Positions 14,626 to 23,714 of a stretch of DNA of 33,824 bases are shown here, in pieces. A program made the position numbers and the translations under genes. The notes below the pieces were generated by a model. That model saw nothing but the letters and a program-made list of their open reading frames with translations. It did not search any database and was not told the origin of the DNA. Each line of letters begins with the position of its first letter. Within the stretch, counting starts at the first letter, position 1. The stretch covers positions 1 through 33,824 of the forward strand of contig JANYBI010000767.1 in NCBI GenBank assembly GCA_025360875.1, given 5' to 3'. This DNA is from Lentisphaerota bacterium (GTDB lineage Bacteria; Verrucomicrobiota; Lentisphaeria; Victivallales; GWF2-50-93).

Positions 14626-15810
14626 TTATTTCATCTCGCTGCCACGCATAAGCCGTGTTCCAAACAGCAGGCAGCGGGGCAGATGGAAGAAACATTTCCA
14701 GCGGCCGCCTTTCAAAGTATGCGTCGGTTCGCCATGGCGGTTCAGGTAGGCGTACCACTCGCCGTGTTCCGGATCCGGGAAACGCCGCCAGGTCCATTCG
14801 TCCAGACGCTGGAACCAGTCCAGGAAATTGGAATCACGGGACGCCTCATAGGCGAAAAGCGAAGCAAGTATCGCCTCGTTGTGGACCCACCACAGCTTCA
14901 TGTCCCACTGCAGTTCCGCGTGCGGCAGACCTTTTGCATCCATGAAATAGAAGAGTCCGCCGTGCACCGGATCCCATCCGAACTCCAGCAGGGATTTGAC
15001 CACATAACATGCTTTTGCCGCCAGCCTCCTGTCGCCTGTCCTGCGGGCGTATTGCAGGAGAAACCACATGGCTTCAAGCCCGTGGCCGGGATTGATATGG
15101 CGGCCATCGCAGCTTTCAAGATCCACGCTGCCGTCAAGATTCACATTCTCGAACAGCAGGTCCAGTTCCGGATTCCAGAACATGTCCAGCACCGTGTCCG
15201 CAGCCCGCCGGATATCCGCCTCGTACTGCTCCGTTCCCAGACACTCGTTGAGCACATACCCCAGGTTGGCCATCATCATATAATGACCGAGCGTTTTCCG
15301 TTTCGGTTTGCCCGGCATGCTCTTCTCCCACTTCCCTTTCGGATTGTCGACACGTGAAAGGTAATGGGACATGGACAGTTCGGCCTCCTTGCGGTATTTC
15401 GTCTCGCCGGTGGCCTTGAAAAGCGCGGCAGCGCCCATGGCGGCGAAACAGTCGGAATAGATATTGTAGGCCGCCACCATCGGCTCGCCTTTCCGGTTGA
15501 GCGAGAAATAATAGTTGCCATGCTGGTCTTTTCCGTGCTGGGTCAGAAACTCATATCCGTGGCGTGACAGTTCCAGCCACCGGTCCTGACGGTATTCCGA
15601 GGCATACAGGGTCGCGAACATATAGACCATGCGCCACTGCATCCACATGGATTTCTCGTTGTCGAACACCTTGCCGTCGCGGGTGAGGAAATTGAAGTAG
15701 CCGCCGCATTCGCGGTCGATGCTGTGTTTCTCCCAGAACGGAACTACCGATTCCAGCAGTTCACGTTCGTAGCGGGCGGCAGCTTTTTCCAATTGCAGTT
15801 TTATTTCCAT
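14626..15810 (-). CDS. AGE-family epimerase/isomerase (N-acylglucosamine 2-epimerase / cellobiose- or mannose-2-epimerase-like, (alpha/alpha)6 barrel)
   Basis: 394-aa ORF. LLESVVPFWEKHSIDRECGGYFNFLTRDGKVFDNEKSMWMQWRMVYMFATLY matches the characteristic AGE N-terminal block. Further down: GHGLEAMWFLL, GGLFYFMD, WWVHNEA. Confidence 0.85.
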   Translation of the reverse strand: MEIKLQLEKAAARYERELLESVVPFWEKHSIDRECGGYFNFLTRDGKVFDNEKSMWMQWRMVYMFATLYASEYRQDRWLELSRHGYEFLTQHGKDQHGNYYFSLNRKGEPMVAAYNIYSDCFAAMGAAALFKATGETKYRKEAELSMSHYLSRVDNPKGKWEKSMPGKPKRKTLGHYMMMANLGYVLNECLGTEQYEADIRRAADTVLDMFWNPELDLLFENVNLDGSVDLESCDGRHINPGHGLEAMWFLLQYARRTGDRRLAAKACYVVKSLLEFGWDPVHGGLFYFMDAKGLPHAELQWDMKLWWVHNEAILASLFAYEASRDSNFLDWFQRLDEWTWRRFPDPEHGEWYAYLNRHGEPTHTLKGGRWKCFFHLPRCLLFGTRLMRGSEMK

Positions 15811-15896
15811 CTATCGTATCTCCATCCATTCCCTGGCGCCCCAGTTTGCAGAAGGAATGTCATACGTGATCTCGTCAAGAAATGTCCCTGTGATCC

Positions 15897-16097
15897 CTAA
15901 CATATGCAAGCTCCTGTCCTGTTGTTGAGTTTAAAATTATAAGGTTCCTCATTTTTATTTTTTCCTGAACTCAAACCCAATAATCCGGCAATCCAGCCGC
16001 CTGAGGAACCTATCGGACTTAGTAATGAGTTCAAATATGGGTGATTTGGCTCGTAGTAGCGCATGTTTGCGCGTTCTTTGGTGTTTTCAGATTCCAT
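15897..16097 (-). CDS. Hypothetical small protein with a glycine-zipper segment (doubtful)
   Basis: 66-aa ORF in a 394-nt AT-rich gap. It contains SSGGWIAGLLGLSSG and ends in ...TGACIC. No convincing Shine-Dalgarno before either ATG (16097 or 16064). Confidence 0.25.
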   Translation of the reverse strand: MESENTKERANMRYYEPNHPYLNSLLSPIGSSGGWIAGLLGLSSGKNKNEEPYNFKLNNRTGACIC

Positions 16098-16204
16098 TAA
16101 GAACGCTCGAACACGAGCTACTACAAACGAATAACCTTAAGTCCTTCACCATCCCGTGGAGGACCATTCACCGTTTCCTGTAATTCCTCCCTGGCCGGGC
16201 ATGA

Positions 16205-18925
16205 TCATGCTGCCGGTTTTTTACCCTTGTTTTTTTCTTTAGGAGACTGGGACGCGTTTTGCGAAATCCGCAGCCGCAGGACAGCGAGTCCGCGCGGCGG
16301 AACTTCGAACGAGACCGCACCGTTTTTGACTTCAAGCTCATTTTCCGCAGAACCGAAAATGTCGCAACGGACTGCGGCATCAATGCGCAGGATTCCCGAA
16401 CCGACAACCGCCTTTTGCGCGACATCGGATGCGTTGACCATCCGCAGAAGTATTCCTTCCTGGGCATCCGCACCGGCCCATGACGACGGAAGGAGATGGA
16501 GCACGGTGACAGGAGGTTCCGGCAGGCGCAGCAGACTGCCGCTGGATGGCAGAGTGGTCTTCGGGCGCGGCGTCTCATTGCAGGTCTGTATGAAACAGGG
16601 AGTGGCGGATTCAAGTCCGAACTGGTTCGCGGCTGTCTCGTCAAAACCTCTGGCATGAGGTTTGACAACATAGCGCGCCGTAACGCGTCCCGGCTGGTAG
16701 CCGCGGAAGTTGGTTCCCCAGTAATTGTTGGAGATCCAGCCCAGGAACATTGCGCGTTCAAGCTTGACTTCACACTGGTCGTGTGCAAAATGGAAATCTC
16801 CGAGCTGGGCGAGAGGATTTTCCGGCGTGGCTATGGTGACACCGAATTTTTTGTCCGAGAAATCCACCCAGTTCTGGATGTTGAAATAGTCGCGGCAGCT
16901 GCCGGCGAGCTGCTGGCGTCCCGGCTCGATCGCCTGCGCTCCGACATCGAGATGCGCTATGGCATCCGGAATATTGAACGGCATTGCGACATAGGTGGAT
17001 TCAGGATGCTGGACAAGCCCCATGTTCCAGTGCGCCTGCAGTTCCATCGTGTTTTCGTGGTGCGGCATGATGAAGCGCAAGGTGGCCGGAGATGGAAGTC
17101 CGGCTACTTCGACAGTCTGCTCGACCTCGACCGCCACCGGTGTCCTGAATACCTTGTGGCTCAGAAGTCTCACGTGGCTGCCGCGTTCCGCTCTCCAGTC
17201 GGGATGCCAGGCGCGTTTGTGCAATGACAGGTCCCAGTGGATCGGTCCGTTCATTTTCATGCGGGCCCATCCGTCGCGGTCGGCGACAGTCTCGTGCACC
17301 ACGCTGCCGAAGCGCCATGGCACGCTGCTGTCGATCAGTTCGCGGCCGAGAACCTTGTCGGACCAGGAAACTATCCCGCCGCGTTCGCGATCAAACACGA
17401 TCCTCCGCAGACCGTCTTCCACCACCGCAGTTTCAGAGTACGTTTCCGGCATACTGACCGGATGCACTTTCTTTTTTTGGACAACCGTGTATCCGGCTGC
17501 AGGCACTGACACAGGTTCCAGTCGCCACGGAGTTCCGCAGGCCAGTTCCTGTCCATGTCGGGATGACGACGGATCTTCGCCTGAACCCATGATGGCGTTG
17601 TAGTCCATGCAGGCTGCCGGTACCGCGCCCCAGGCCTTCCGTTCCCATGGCAGAGGATTGAAAAGTATCAGGGCATCATCAGGACCGCGGGCAATGCGGA
17701 TACCGAGTTCGGCGGCACCGTCGCGCGCCAGAAGACGGCTGTAGCTGCGGGCAAGATATGCCAGATGCGCCTTGTGGTTCCATTGCGTGGCCGCGTCTTC
17801 GTGTTCAGGATCGCCGACATGCCCGAACCAACCCCAGGTGTGCTCATGCCATGTCTCGAGCGCCTTCCACGCCTGCCTGCGATATTCGCAAGCAGCAGAC
17901 AGGACGACGCGCGGATCACGTCCCGGAAAATCGGCTCCGGAATTATCTGCGTCACGGCCGACGCCCAGACCTTCAAGCCAGGCATGCAAGGTGTCGGCAG
18001 TGCGGAGACGGGCGCGGCTGTGGCGGGCAACCGCCGTTTCGCGCGCTGAACTGCCAGCTCCGAAATTCCAGTAGTCAGTCCAGTCGCCACCATGTACTGG
18101 CAGCTTATTGAGGAACGGGCGGACTTCTTTCCAGAATTCGCGCCAGGTGATCATGTGCAGACGCGGTTTTTTTCTGCGCTTGTTCCAGGCTTTTATGAAA
18201 TCCGAGTAATGGATATCGGCGCCGCGGTTGTCGCCGCCGTACGCCATGACCTGCATTATGGCAAATGGGAACGGCCAGCCGGCTTTGCCCAGCTTCTCTT
18301 CTATTAGCGGAATGGACGCGGTCAGTTTATCAGGCTTGTCGGGAATGCCGACCCAGGTTCCGGCTCCGTAGTGCCAGCCGTTCAGCGCCGGCAGCAGACG
18401 TCCGCTCGGAGTCTGCCAGCGGAAGACATTGGGGCGTGTGAAAGGCGCACCGCCAAAATCCTCGTTGATCGCCATGGAGGTGGTCTCTATGCCCGCATCC
18501 AGTAGCACATCGGCATACGGCCAGTTGTGTCCGTTGATGTCGGCGCTCATGGCGTGCGTGATCCGCATCCCGTAATCCTTGCGCAGCTTGGCCAGCGGCT
18601 GCAGCATCTCGATATAGTCGGCACTGTCAGCGAGCGGCGTGATGTTGAGGAACGAGCCGGTGACTTCGATGCGTCCGGCCTTCTCCATCTTCAGGAAACG
18701 TTCGATCTGGCGGTCGCTGGAACGTTCCATCCAGTATTGCAGGGGCGCGATCGTTTCCACCACCCACTTGAAAGCGTGATCGCCGTCGTGGTGTGAATGA
18801 CGTTCGGCCGCGTCTATCGCCATGTCTATGAAACGCCTCTCCAGTTCCCAGAGAATCGGCTGGTCATGCGTGAATCCGATGTCCGTGTGCGAATGGTGCA
18901 AGAGGAAAATTGTGTCAAGACCCAT
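16205..18925 (-). CDS. GH38-family alpha-mannosidase-like glycoside hydrolase
   Basis: 906-aa ORF with TGGAG 7 nt upstream. The N-terminal block IFLLHHSHTDIGFTHDQP matches the GH38 metal-binding H-x-H-x-D motif. Its length and multi-domain beta-rich C-terminus are typical of GH38. No signal peptide. Confidence 0.75.
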   Translation of the reverse strand: MGLDTIFLLHHSHTDIGFTHDQPILWELERRFIDMAIDAAERHSHHDGDHAFKWVVETIAPLQYWMERSSDRQIERFLKMEKAGRIEVTGSFLNITPLADSADYIEMLQPLAKLRKDYGMRITHAMSADINGHNWPYADVLLDAGIETTSMAINEDFGGAPFTRPNVFRWQTPSGRLLPALNGWHYGAGTWVGIPDKPDKLTASIPLIEEKLGKAGWPFPFAIMQVMAYGGDNRGADIHYSDFIKAWNKRRKKPRLHMITWREFWKEVRPFLNKLPVHGGDWTDYWNFGAGSSARETAVARHSRARLRTADTLHAWLEGLGVGRDADNSGADFPGRDPRVVLSAACEYRRQAWKALETWHEHTWGWFGHVGDPEHEDAATQWNHKAHLAYLARSYSRLLARDGAAELGIRIARGPDDALILFNPLPWERKAWGAVPAACMDYNAIMGSGEDPSSSRHGQELACGTPWRLEPVSVPAAGYTVVQKKKVHPVSMPETYSETAVVEDGLRRIVFDRERGGIVSWSDKVLGRELIDSSVPWRFGSVVHETVADRDGWARMKMNGPIHWDLSLHKRAWHPDWRAERGSHVRLLSHKVFRTPVAVEVEQTVEVAGLPSPATLRFIMPHHENTMELQAHWNMGLVQHPESTYVAMPFNIPDAIAHLDVGAQAIEPGRQQLAGSCRDYFNIQNWVDFSDKKFGVTIATPENPLAQLGDFHFAHDQCEVKLERAMFLGWISNNYWGTNFRGYQPGRVTARYVVKPHARGFDETAANQFGLESATPCFIQTCNETPRPKTTLPSSGSLLRLPEPPVTVLHLLPSSWAGADAQEGILLRMVNASDVAQKAVVGSGILRIDAAVRCDIFGSAENELEVKNGAVSFEVPPRGLAVLRLRISQNASQSPKEKNKGKKPAA

Positions 18926-18945
18926 TTGTAAACTCCAATTGTTAT

Positions 18946-21900
18946 TTAAAAGTTACCTTTAGATTTTGTATATGACTCATCCAATATTTTTCCGGTGCGC
19001 GGATTTAAGAAAACAAGTCTGGCGCTGTTGGCGGGTACGTCGGCAGATGTCTGCCAGCTGCCTCCGGTACTGAGCGCAGCACCCCGCATGTTCGCCGTCT
19101 GTCCACAGTCTGATTCATTGACCAGGATGAACAATGCGGATTCCGCAAATTCTACCGGACGGACCAGCAGTCCGGGTCCGCCATCTGCGAATTCCGCACG
19201 CTTTCCGCAGACGAGTCCGGCCGCATCGGCGGCGAGACGGTAGACGGCTTCCGTGTGTTCCTCGGCAAGCGCGTGTTCGATCGGAACCGGACAGAACAGT
19301 ATTTTTCCTTTGCCATATTTGATCACGCGTCCGGCAAGCGGACCGCCACCGACGTCCACGGCCTTCTGGAATTTCTGTATGACTCCCGACTGTATCGGCA
19401 TGGCGACATGTAATTCCACATCCGTCTTTGTCCAGTGCAGCTTAATCCGCTCCTCATGCATCACCGGAGCCGGTTTCTGCGGAATGCCCATGGTTGCGAG
19501 CCGTGAAGTTTCACGCCAGTATTCGTCCGCCTCGCAATATCCAGTAAGGAGCAGCGTAGCTCCAGCTTTCACTTTTTCCAGAATCGCCAGCCAGCATTCC
19601 TGCCGCAGGATGCGCGGCGACGGCAGCACGATAAGGCTGGCATCACCGAGTTTTTCGGGATAATATTCACTGACGCCGCGTGTCGCCAGACCAAGCCGGT
19701 ATTCAAGAGTCCGGACACAGCGGCGCGTCGTCGCGGAGGCCGTTTCGCGAACACTGAAAAGATTGCTGTGCGGAATTATGACTGCGACACGTTCCGCTTT
19801 CCGCCCGACGAACCGTCCGGCGTTGCGCGCCGTGAACGCGGAAACGCGCCGGAAAACTTGCAGTTCAGGTTTCTCACCGCCATCGGCGCGCAGCAGGCCG
19901 ATACCGGCCTCATTGTCGGAATAGTTGTAGATGCAGGTGTTCCACAGCCACTGTATGACACCGGCTCCGCCGCAGGTGAATGCAAGTGCCATTTTGCGTT
20001 CCAGCAGACCGGCGACGAACTCAGGAGTGCGGTACGGCAGCGAGTCGGCTGTCTCCGCAAACATGATCCCGGTCTCCTCCATAAGATGCGGCTTGCCCTG
20101 AACCTTGGTGACAACCGCATCCCATAACAGATCGTCGTTCTGCCACCAGGAATGGTTGGAGGTGAAGTCAACCGCATCAGCATGGAAATGTGGCGACGGA
20201 CTGGTGCTTGTACCACCTTCGTCCTGACCGACCGTGATCAGCTGCGGCGGATTTGCACAGGCGCGCAGAGTACCGGAAATTGTTGCAGCCCACTGTCTGA
20301 AGATCTCCTGGGCGAAGCGGACAAAATCCATGCAGCGCAGCGGTTTTGCATCATCCCAGTTGTGCCGGTCCTCAAACTCTTCAAGACGTGGCAGGCCAAG
20401 ATTGTCGCTGGATGTAATGCGCCAGCGTTCGCGCCACTCGTCATCGCTGACGCCCTGTCCTGCAAGCCAGCGACTCCAGGCTTCGGTCTCGAACCTGTCA
20501 GCAGTCGGACGGCAGCTCCACAGATGGCGTGGAGAAGCGATGGACGGTTCATTGATGAGATCCCAGAGAAGATGCGGAACGTCCGACATGCGGCGTGCAA
20601 GTGCGGCGGCGAAAGAACATTGCGCCTGCACTGCGGCGGGATCGAGATACGGATTGGCGCCGGTCCATGTTTCCGGCAGGAACGCGAACAGAGTCATTAT
20701 CACCGGCATGTTGTGCTGGGCGGCGGAAAGCAGGAATGCCCGCATGGCGCGGATGACGCCTTCGTCCATGGCACCCGGCTCGGTCATCGCCCTTTTCCAG
20801 CCCATCCAGAGTCCGGTACGCACCACGTTTACTCCGGCGCTCTTCATGGCGGCAAAATCTTTTTCCCAGGCAAGCGGTGTCGGCTCGAACATCCAGCTGC
20901 GATGGGTAACTGTGGACATGTATGTCGTTCCGGTCACAGGAAACGGTTTTCCGTGCCGGTGGAAATAATCGCCTTCAATTTTGATAGGCGCTGGAGAAAT
21001 GATCAGACCTTCCGGTTCGATCCAGAACCCGTTTTCCGCTCTTGCAACGACGCCATATCCGGCACAATGCGCTTCTGCGCATATGCGATAAAATCCCGGT
21101 TTCAGATTTTTCATTGGCTCCGTGTAAAGCCAGGCATCGGCTCCGCCTGCGGTGATCGTACCGCGTTTTTCAAGGATCATTTTACCGCTGTCGATTTGCG
21201 AGATTCGCAAGTTCAGCTCGAGTTTCTGCGGCGCGGACGTTGAAACTCTGACTGAAGCGGTGGGAGTTTCTCCGATAGAATAGGAAGCGAATCCCGGTCT
21301 GGCAAAAATGTCCACAAGCGGCACCAGTGCCACGCGCGCCAATGCTCCGATCAGTTCAGATGTCCAGTTCACATTGCAGCTGGCGAGAATCCAGCGGCCA
21401 CCGGAGAAAGATCCGTTCACGTGATCGATCGCCACCACCGGCGCCGTCAGGATACGTCCATCTGCTGCAGATGCATGTACCAGCGGGCGCAGAACTGCAT
21501 CGCGAGTTCCTGAGGATCCTATTTCTCCGGACATGATACCGGTGCCATGGGTCAGCAACACCTGAAGAGCCCAGGCGCGGGAAGGCGGTCGCTTCTGCAA
21601 AATATCTGCGAGTTTCGCAACTCCTGCCAGAGGCGCCACTGCCTCAGGCACAGAAAGCTGGGTTCCTGACGGCAGTTCGATTTCGAACGTATGGCGGATC
21701 ATCAGCTCTTTCCCGTAGGAAGTCTGCGCGGTTTCAAGATGCCATCCGTTTCCCTCACGGCGGACCGGCCGCGTCACAGGGGCGCCGCCTAGGTTCAGCC
21801 AGTGGCCGCCGTGCTTAAGGAATTCCAAAATAAAAGGCCAGGCTTCTTTTGGAAACGCGGAACCGTACGGAGTTATGAATAGATCAGGCTTGGCCGCCAG

Positions 21901-22047
21901 TGCGGCTGGCAGGGATCCGGCATCGGCCCAGATGATTTTGCCCAGTGGGTTCAGCGCAGATTTCAACGCGGCTTCCGAAACATGCGCGGAATCCGCAACC
22001 GGAAAACCTGGTTCGCGGAAAATAAGCAATGTAGCTTTCTTAGTCAC
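18946..22047 (-). CDS. Large cytoplasmic clan GH-A (GH5/GH42-like) glycoside hydrolase flanked by GATase1-like domains
   Basis: 1033-aa ORF starting with GTG (22047..22045), with AAGGAG 7 nt upstream. Barrel start: IEGDYFHRHGKPFPVTGTTYMS...WEKDFAAMKSAGVNVVRTGLWMGW. Acid/base-type motif LLWDLINEPS. Nucleophile-type motif GKPHLMEETGIM. The N-terminal (TLLIFREPGFP...LKHGGHWLNLGG) and C-terminal (ASLIVLPSPR...VKAGATLLLTGY) segments resemble GATase1/ThuA-like folds. Confidence 0.7.
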   Translation of the reverse strand: MTKKATLLIFREPGFPVADSAHVSEAALKSALNPLGKIIWADAGSLPAALAAKPDLFITPYGSAFPKEAWPFILEFLKHGGHWLNLGGAPVTRPVRREGNGWHLETAQTSYGKELMIRHTFEIELPSGTQLSVPEAVAPLAGVAKLADILQKRPPSRAWALQVLLTHGTGIMSGEIGSSGTRDAVLRPLVHASAADGRILTAPVVAIDHVNGSFSGGRWILASCNVNWTSELIGALARVALVPLVDIFARPGFASYSIGETPTASVRVSTSAPQKLELNLRISQIDSGKMILEKRGTITAGGADAWLYTEPMKNLKPGFYRICAEAHCAGYGVVARAENGFWIEPEGLIISPAPIKIEGDYFHRHGKPFPVTGTTYMSTVTHRSWMFEPTPLAWEKDFAAMKSAGVNVVRTGLWMGWKRAMTEPGAMDEGVIRAMRAFLLSAAQHNMPVIMTLFAFLPETWTGANPYLDPAAVQAQCSFAAALARRMSDVPHLLWDLINEPSIASPRHLWSCRPTADRFETEAWSRWLAGQGVSDDEWRERWRITSSDNLGLPRLEEFEDRHNWDDAKPLRCMDFVRFAQEIFRQWAATISGTLRACANPPQLITVGQDEGGTSTSPSPHFHADAVDFTSNHSWWQNDDLLWDAVVTKVQGKPHLMEETGIMFAETADSLPYRTPEFVAGLLERKMALAFTCGGAGVIQWLWNTCIYNYSDNEAGIGLLRADGGEKPELQVFRRVSAFTARNAGRFVGRKAERVAVIIPHSNLFSVRETASATTRRCVRTLEYRLGLATRGVSEYYPEKLGDASLIVLPSPRILRQECWLAILEKVKAGATLLLTGYCEADEYWRETSRLATMGIPQKPAPVMHEERIKLHWTKTDVELHVAMPIQSGVIQKFQKAVDVGGGPLAGRVIKYGKGKILFCPVPIEHALAEEHTEAVYRLAADAAGLVCGKRAEFADGGPGLLVRPVEFAESALFILVNESDCGQTANMRGAALSTGGSWQTSADVPANSARLVFLNPRTGKILDESYTKSKGNF

Positions 22048-22068
22048 TCAAGTTCTCCTTAATATAAT

Positions 22069-22227
22069 GGAGCTGATTTCAAAATTGCCAAAACGGTTGT
22101 TGCGGCAATACACTTCGTTGGAGTTCACAACTTTAGTGTGTCTTGGCATTTAATAGTTTACACACGCTAAAGCTGTGAACTCCAACTTTAGAAATCAGCT
22201 CAAAAGAGGCAATTTTGAAATTGCCTC
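22069..22227. repeat. Nested palindromic element: an 11-bp outer inverted repeat, a 25-bp inner inverted repeat (GTTGGAGT..CTTTAG family) and flanking AAATTGCC/GGCAATTT hairpins
   Basis: Outer arms: gagctgatttc (22070..22080) and gaaatcagctc (22191..22201), a perfect match. Inner arms: gttggagttcacaactttagtgtgt (22117..22141) versus 22162..22186, with 2 mismatches in 25. Left hairpin: attgcc-14 nt-ggcaat (22084..22110). Right hairpin: gaggcaattt-tg-aaattgcctc (22206..22227), a perfect 10-bp stem. The right part overlaps the last ~11 codons and the stop of the SGNH gene. Confidence 0.75.
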
Positions 22228-22875
22228 AATGGAAACAATAGCATCAAACACGGCAGTCGCCCAGACTTCGTGCCCTTTGTCGTTCGGATGGCAGTCCTTC
22301 TCGCCGCCGTGGAACTCGGCCCAGCGAGCGCCGCCGTCCGTGGCCTTCAGAATATTCCCGAGGATGTCAACGCACTGGACGTCGCGCGCATCCGCAGCTT
22401 TGCGAATTTCGCAACGTGTCTCGTCAAGATGCATGAACCCGCTGCATTTCGGATTTTCACCTGTCGGCAGGACAACCATCACGTCGGCCTTGTGTATCGC
22501 CCTGATCGCATCTATCATCTGCCCTACCGCAAATCCTGTCACTTCCGGCGGAAGAAGATGAAACGCGCAGTCGTTCGTTCCGAATTCAATGATCACAAGA
22601 TCGGGCTTGAACTGACCAAGCCAGTCCATCCTGCCAAGACCTTCGTAGGCGTTCTGTCCGCCAATTCCAAAGTTTGAAACGGAGAATTTGCATAAAGGAT
22701 ATTTTGCGCGCAGCATTCCACCGAGACGCTGTCCCCAGTTTTTTTCCGCCGACGAAGCGCCGCCAAACCAGTTAGGAGTCCTGCCGACCTCGCTGATGGA
22801 GTCGCCGTACATGACGATCTTCACCTCTTTCCTGGAGGCCAGGCATTTGCCGACTTTGACAAGGCTTCTTTTCAT
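22195..22875 (-). CDS. SGNH/GDSL-family hydrolase (probable carbohydrate acetyl-esterase)
   Basis: 226-aa ORF with AAGGAAGAGG upstream. All four SGNH blocks are present: VMYGDSISE (block I, Ser), GIGGQNAYEG (block II), IEFGTNDC (block III), DCHPNDKGHEV (block V, D-x-x-H). No signal peptide. Confidence 0.85.
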   Translation of the reverse strand: MKRSLVKVGKCLASRKEVKIVMYGDSISEVGRTPNWFGGASSAEKNWGQRLGGMLRAKYPLCKFSVSNFGIGGQNAYEGLGRMDWLGQFKPDLVIIEFGTNDCAFHLLPPEVTGFAVGQMIDAIRAIHKADVMVVLPTGENPKCSGFMHLDETRCEIRKAADARDVQCVDILGNILKATDGGARWAEFHGGEKDCHPNDKGHEVWATAVFDAIVSIEAISKLPLLS

Positions 22876-22887
22876 TTTACCTCTTCC

Positions 22888-23703
22888 TTATTTTTGAGCC
22901 AGGCTATCCTTGAGCAGATCCTTCATGTGGCAGTTGATTTCCCACAGGTTGGACAGAGGCTGCCGGGTGTATGGCAATGTGGGCATATATTCAGGCGGTC
23001 CGAACTCAGGACAGATCGTCAGGACTTTGCGCCCCTCGTCCCGCTGATGCTCCACGATCTTCCGCCACCAGCGCATATGCGCTTCAAGCGCCTGCTTCCA
23101 TTCCGGCGCCCTGGGATCATTCACCTGCGGCCCTTCCTCATAGCCGACACGGGCGTGTATGTGGCAGCTATGCAAGATCGCCCGTTCGACGGACTCAGCC
23201 TGATCCTGCAGCAGCGATTCATGCACGCAGCACCAGTGGGAAAAATCGGCGGTGAGCCTGATCTCCGGCATCGCCTCGATCAGGGCCATCGTCGCCACAG
23301 TGGAAAAGGTCGCCCGTCCCCGGTGGATTTCGTGCATGACCTGGAATCCGCATTTTTCCTCGAGTTCACGGGCCGCATCTATGAGGAGCATGTTCTCGGC
23401 TGTCGTATAGTAGTCCTTGCCGGTCTGGGAATTGACGAAGAGCGGGTTGAGTTCGACGCCCCTGCGGTACTGCTCTTCAAAGCTCCGGGCATGCTCCCCG
23501 GGCGAACTGCCGAAGGTCCATTGCTGGACGACCAGATCCAGGCCAAGGTCGTCCAGGATGGAGCGCAGTTCCGTGCGCCGCCTCTTGTCCTCCGGAGCAC
23601 CCATTTCCACTCCGTCGAAACCGCCCTCCTTGATCATCCTGAGATTGGCTTCGAGGGTCGGCTGCTCCATCCCCCACATCCCGCGGATATATTTTATTTT
23701 CAT
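22888..23703 (-). CDS. Xylose-isomerase-like TIM-barrel protein (sugar phosphate isomerase/epimerase superfamily)
   Basis: I moved the start to the ATG at 23703 (MKIKYIRGMWGME...). It has a perfect GAAGGAG 7 nt upstream and does not overlap the upstream gene, whereas the ORF-track start at 23742 overlaps it by 28 nt. Motifs: GFDGVEMG, HEIHRGR, ADFSHWCCVHE, HIHARVG, ICPEFGPPEY. These are metal-ligand-type His/Asp/Glu residues typical of this fold. Confidence 0.75.
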   Translation of the reverse strand: MKIKYIRGMWGMEQPTLEANLRMIKEGGFDGVEMGAPEDKRRRTELRSILDDLGLDLVVQQWTFGSSPGEHARSFEEQYRRGVELNPLFVNSQTGKDYYTTAENMLLIDAARELEEKCGFQVMHEIHRGRATFSTVATMALIEAMPEIRLTADFSHWCCVHESLLQDQAESVERAILHSCHIHARVGYEEGPQVNDPRAPEWKQALEAHMRWWRKIVEHQRDEGRKVLTICPEFGPPEYMPTLPYTRQPLSNLWEINCHMKDLLKDSLAQK

Positions 23704-23714
23704 CGCCGGCTCCT

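Noticed and set aside
14606-14797. 64-aa N-terminal extension of ORF 14114..14797
   Set aside because: It overlaps the AGE gene by 172 nt out of frame. The internal ATG at 14605 starts a typical signal peptide and leaves a 20-nt gap.
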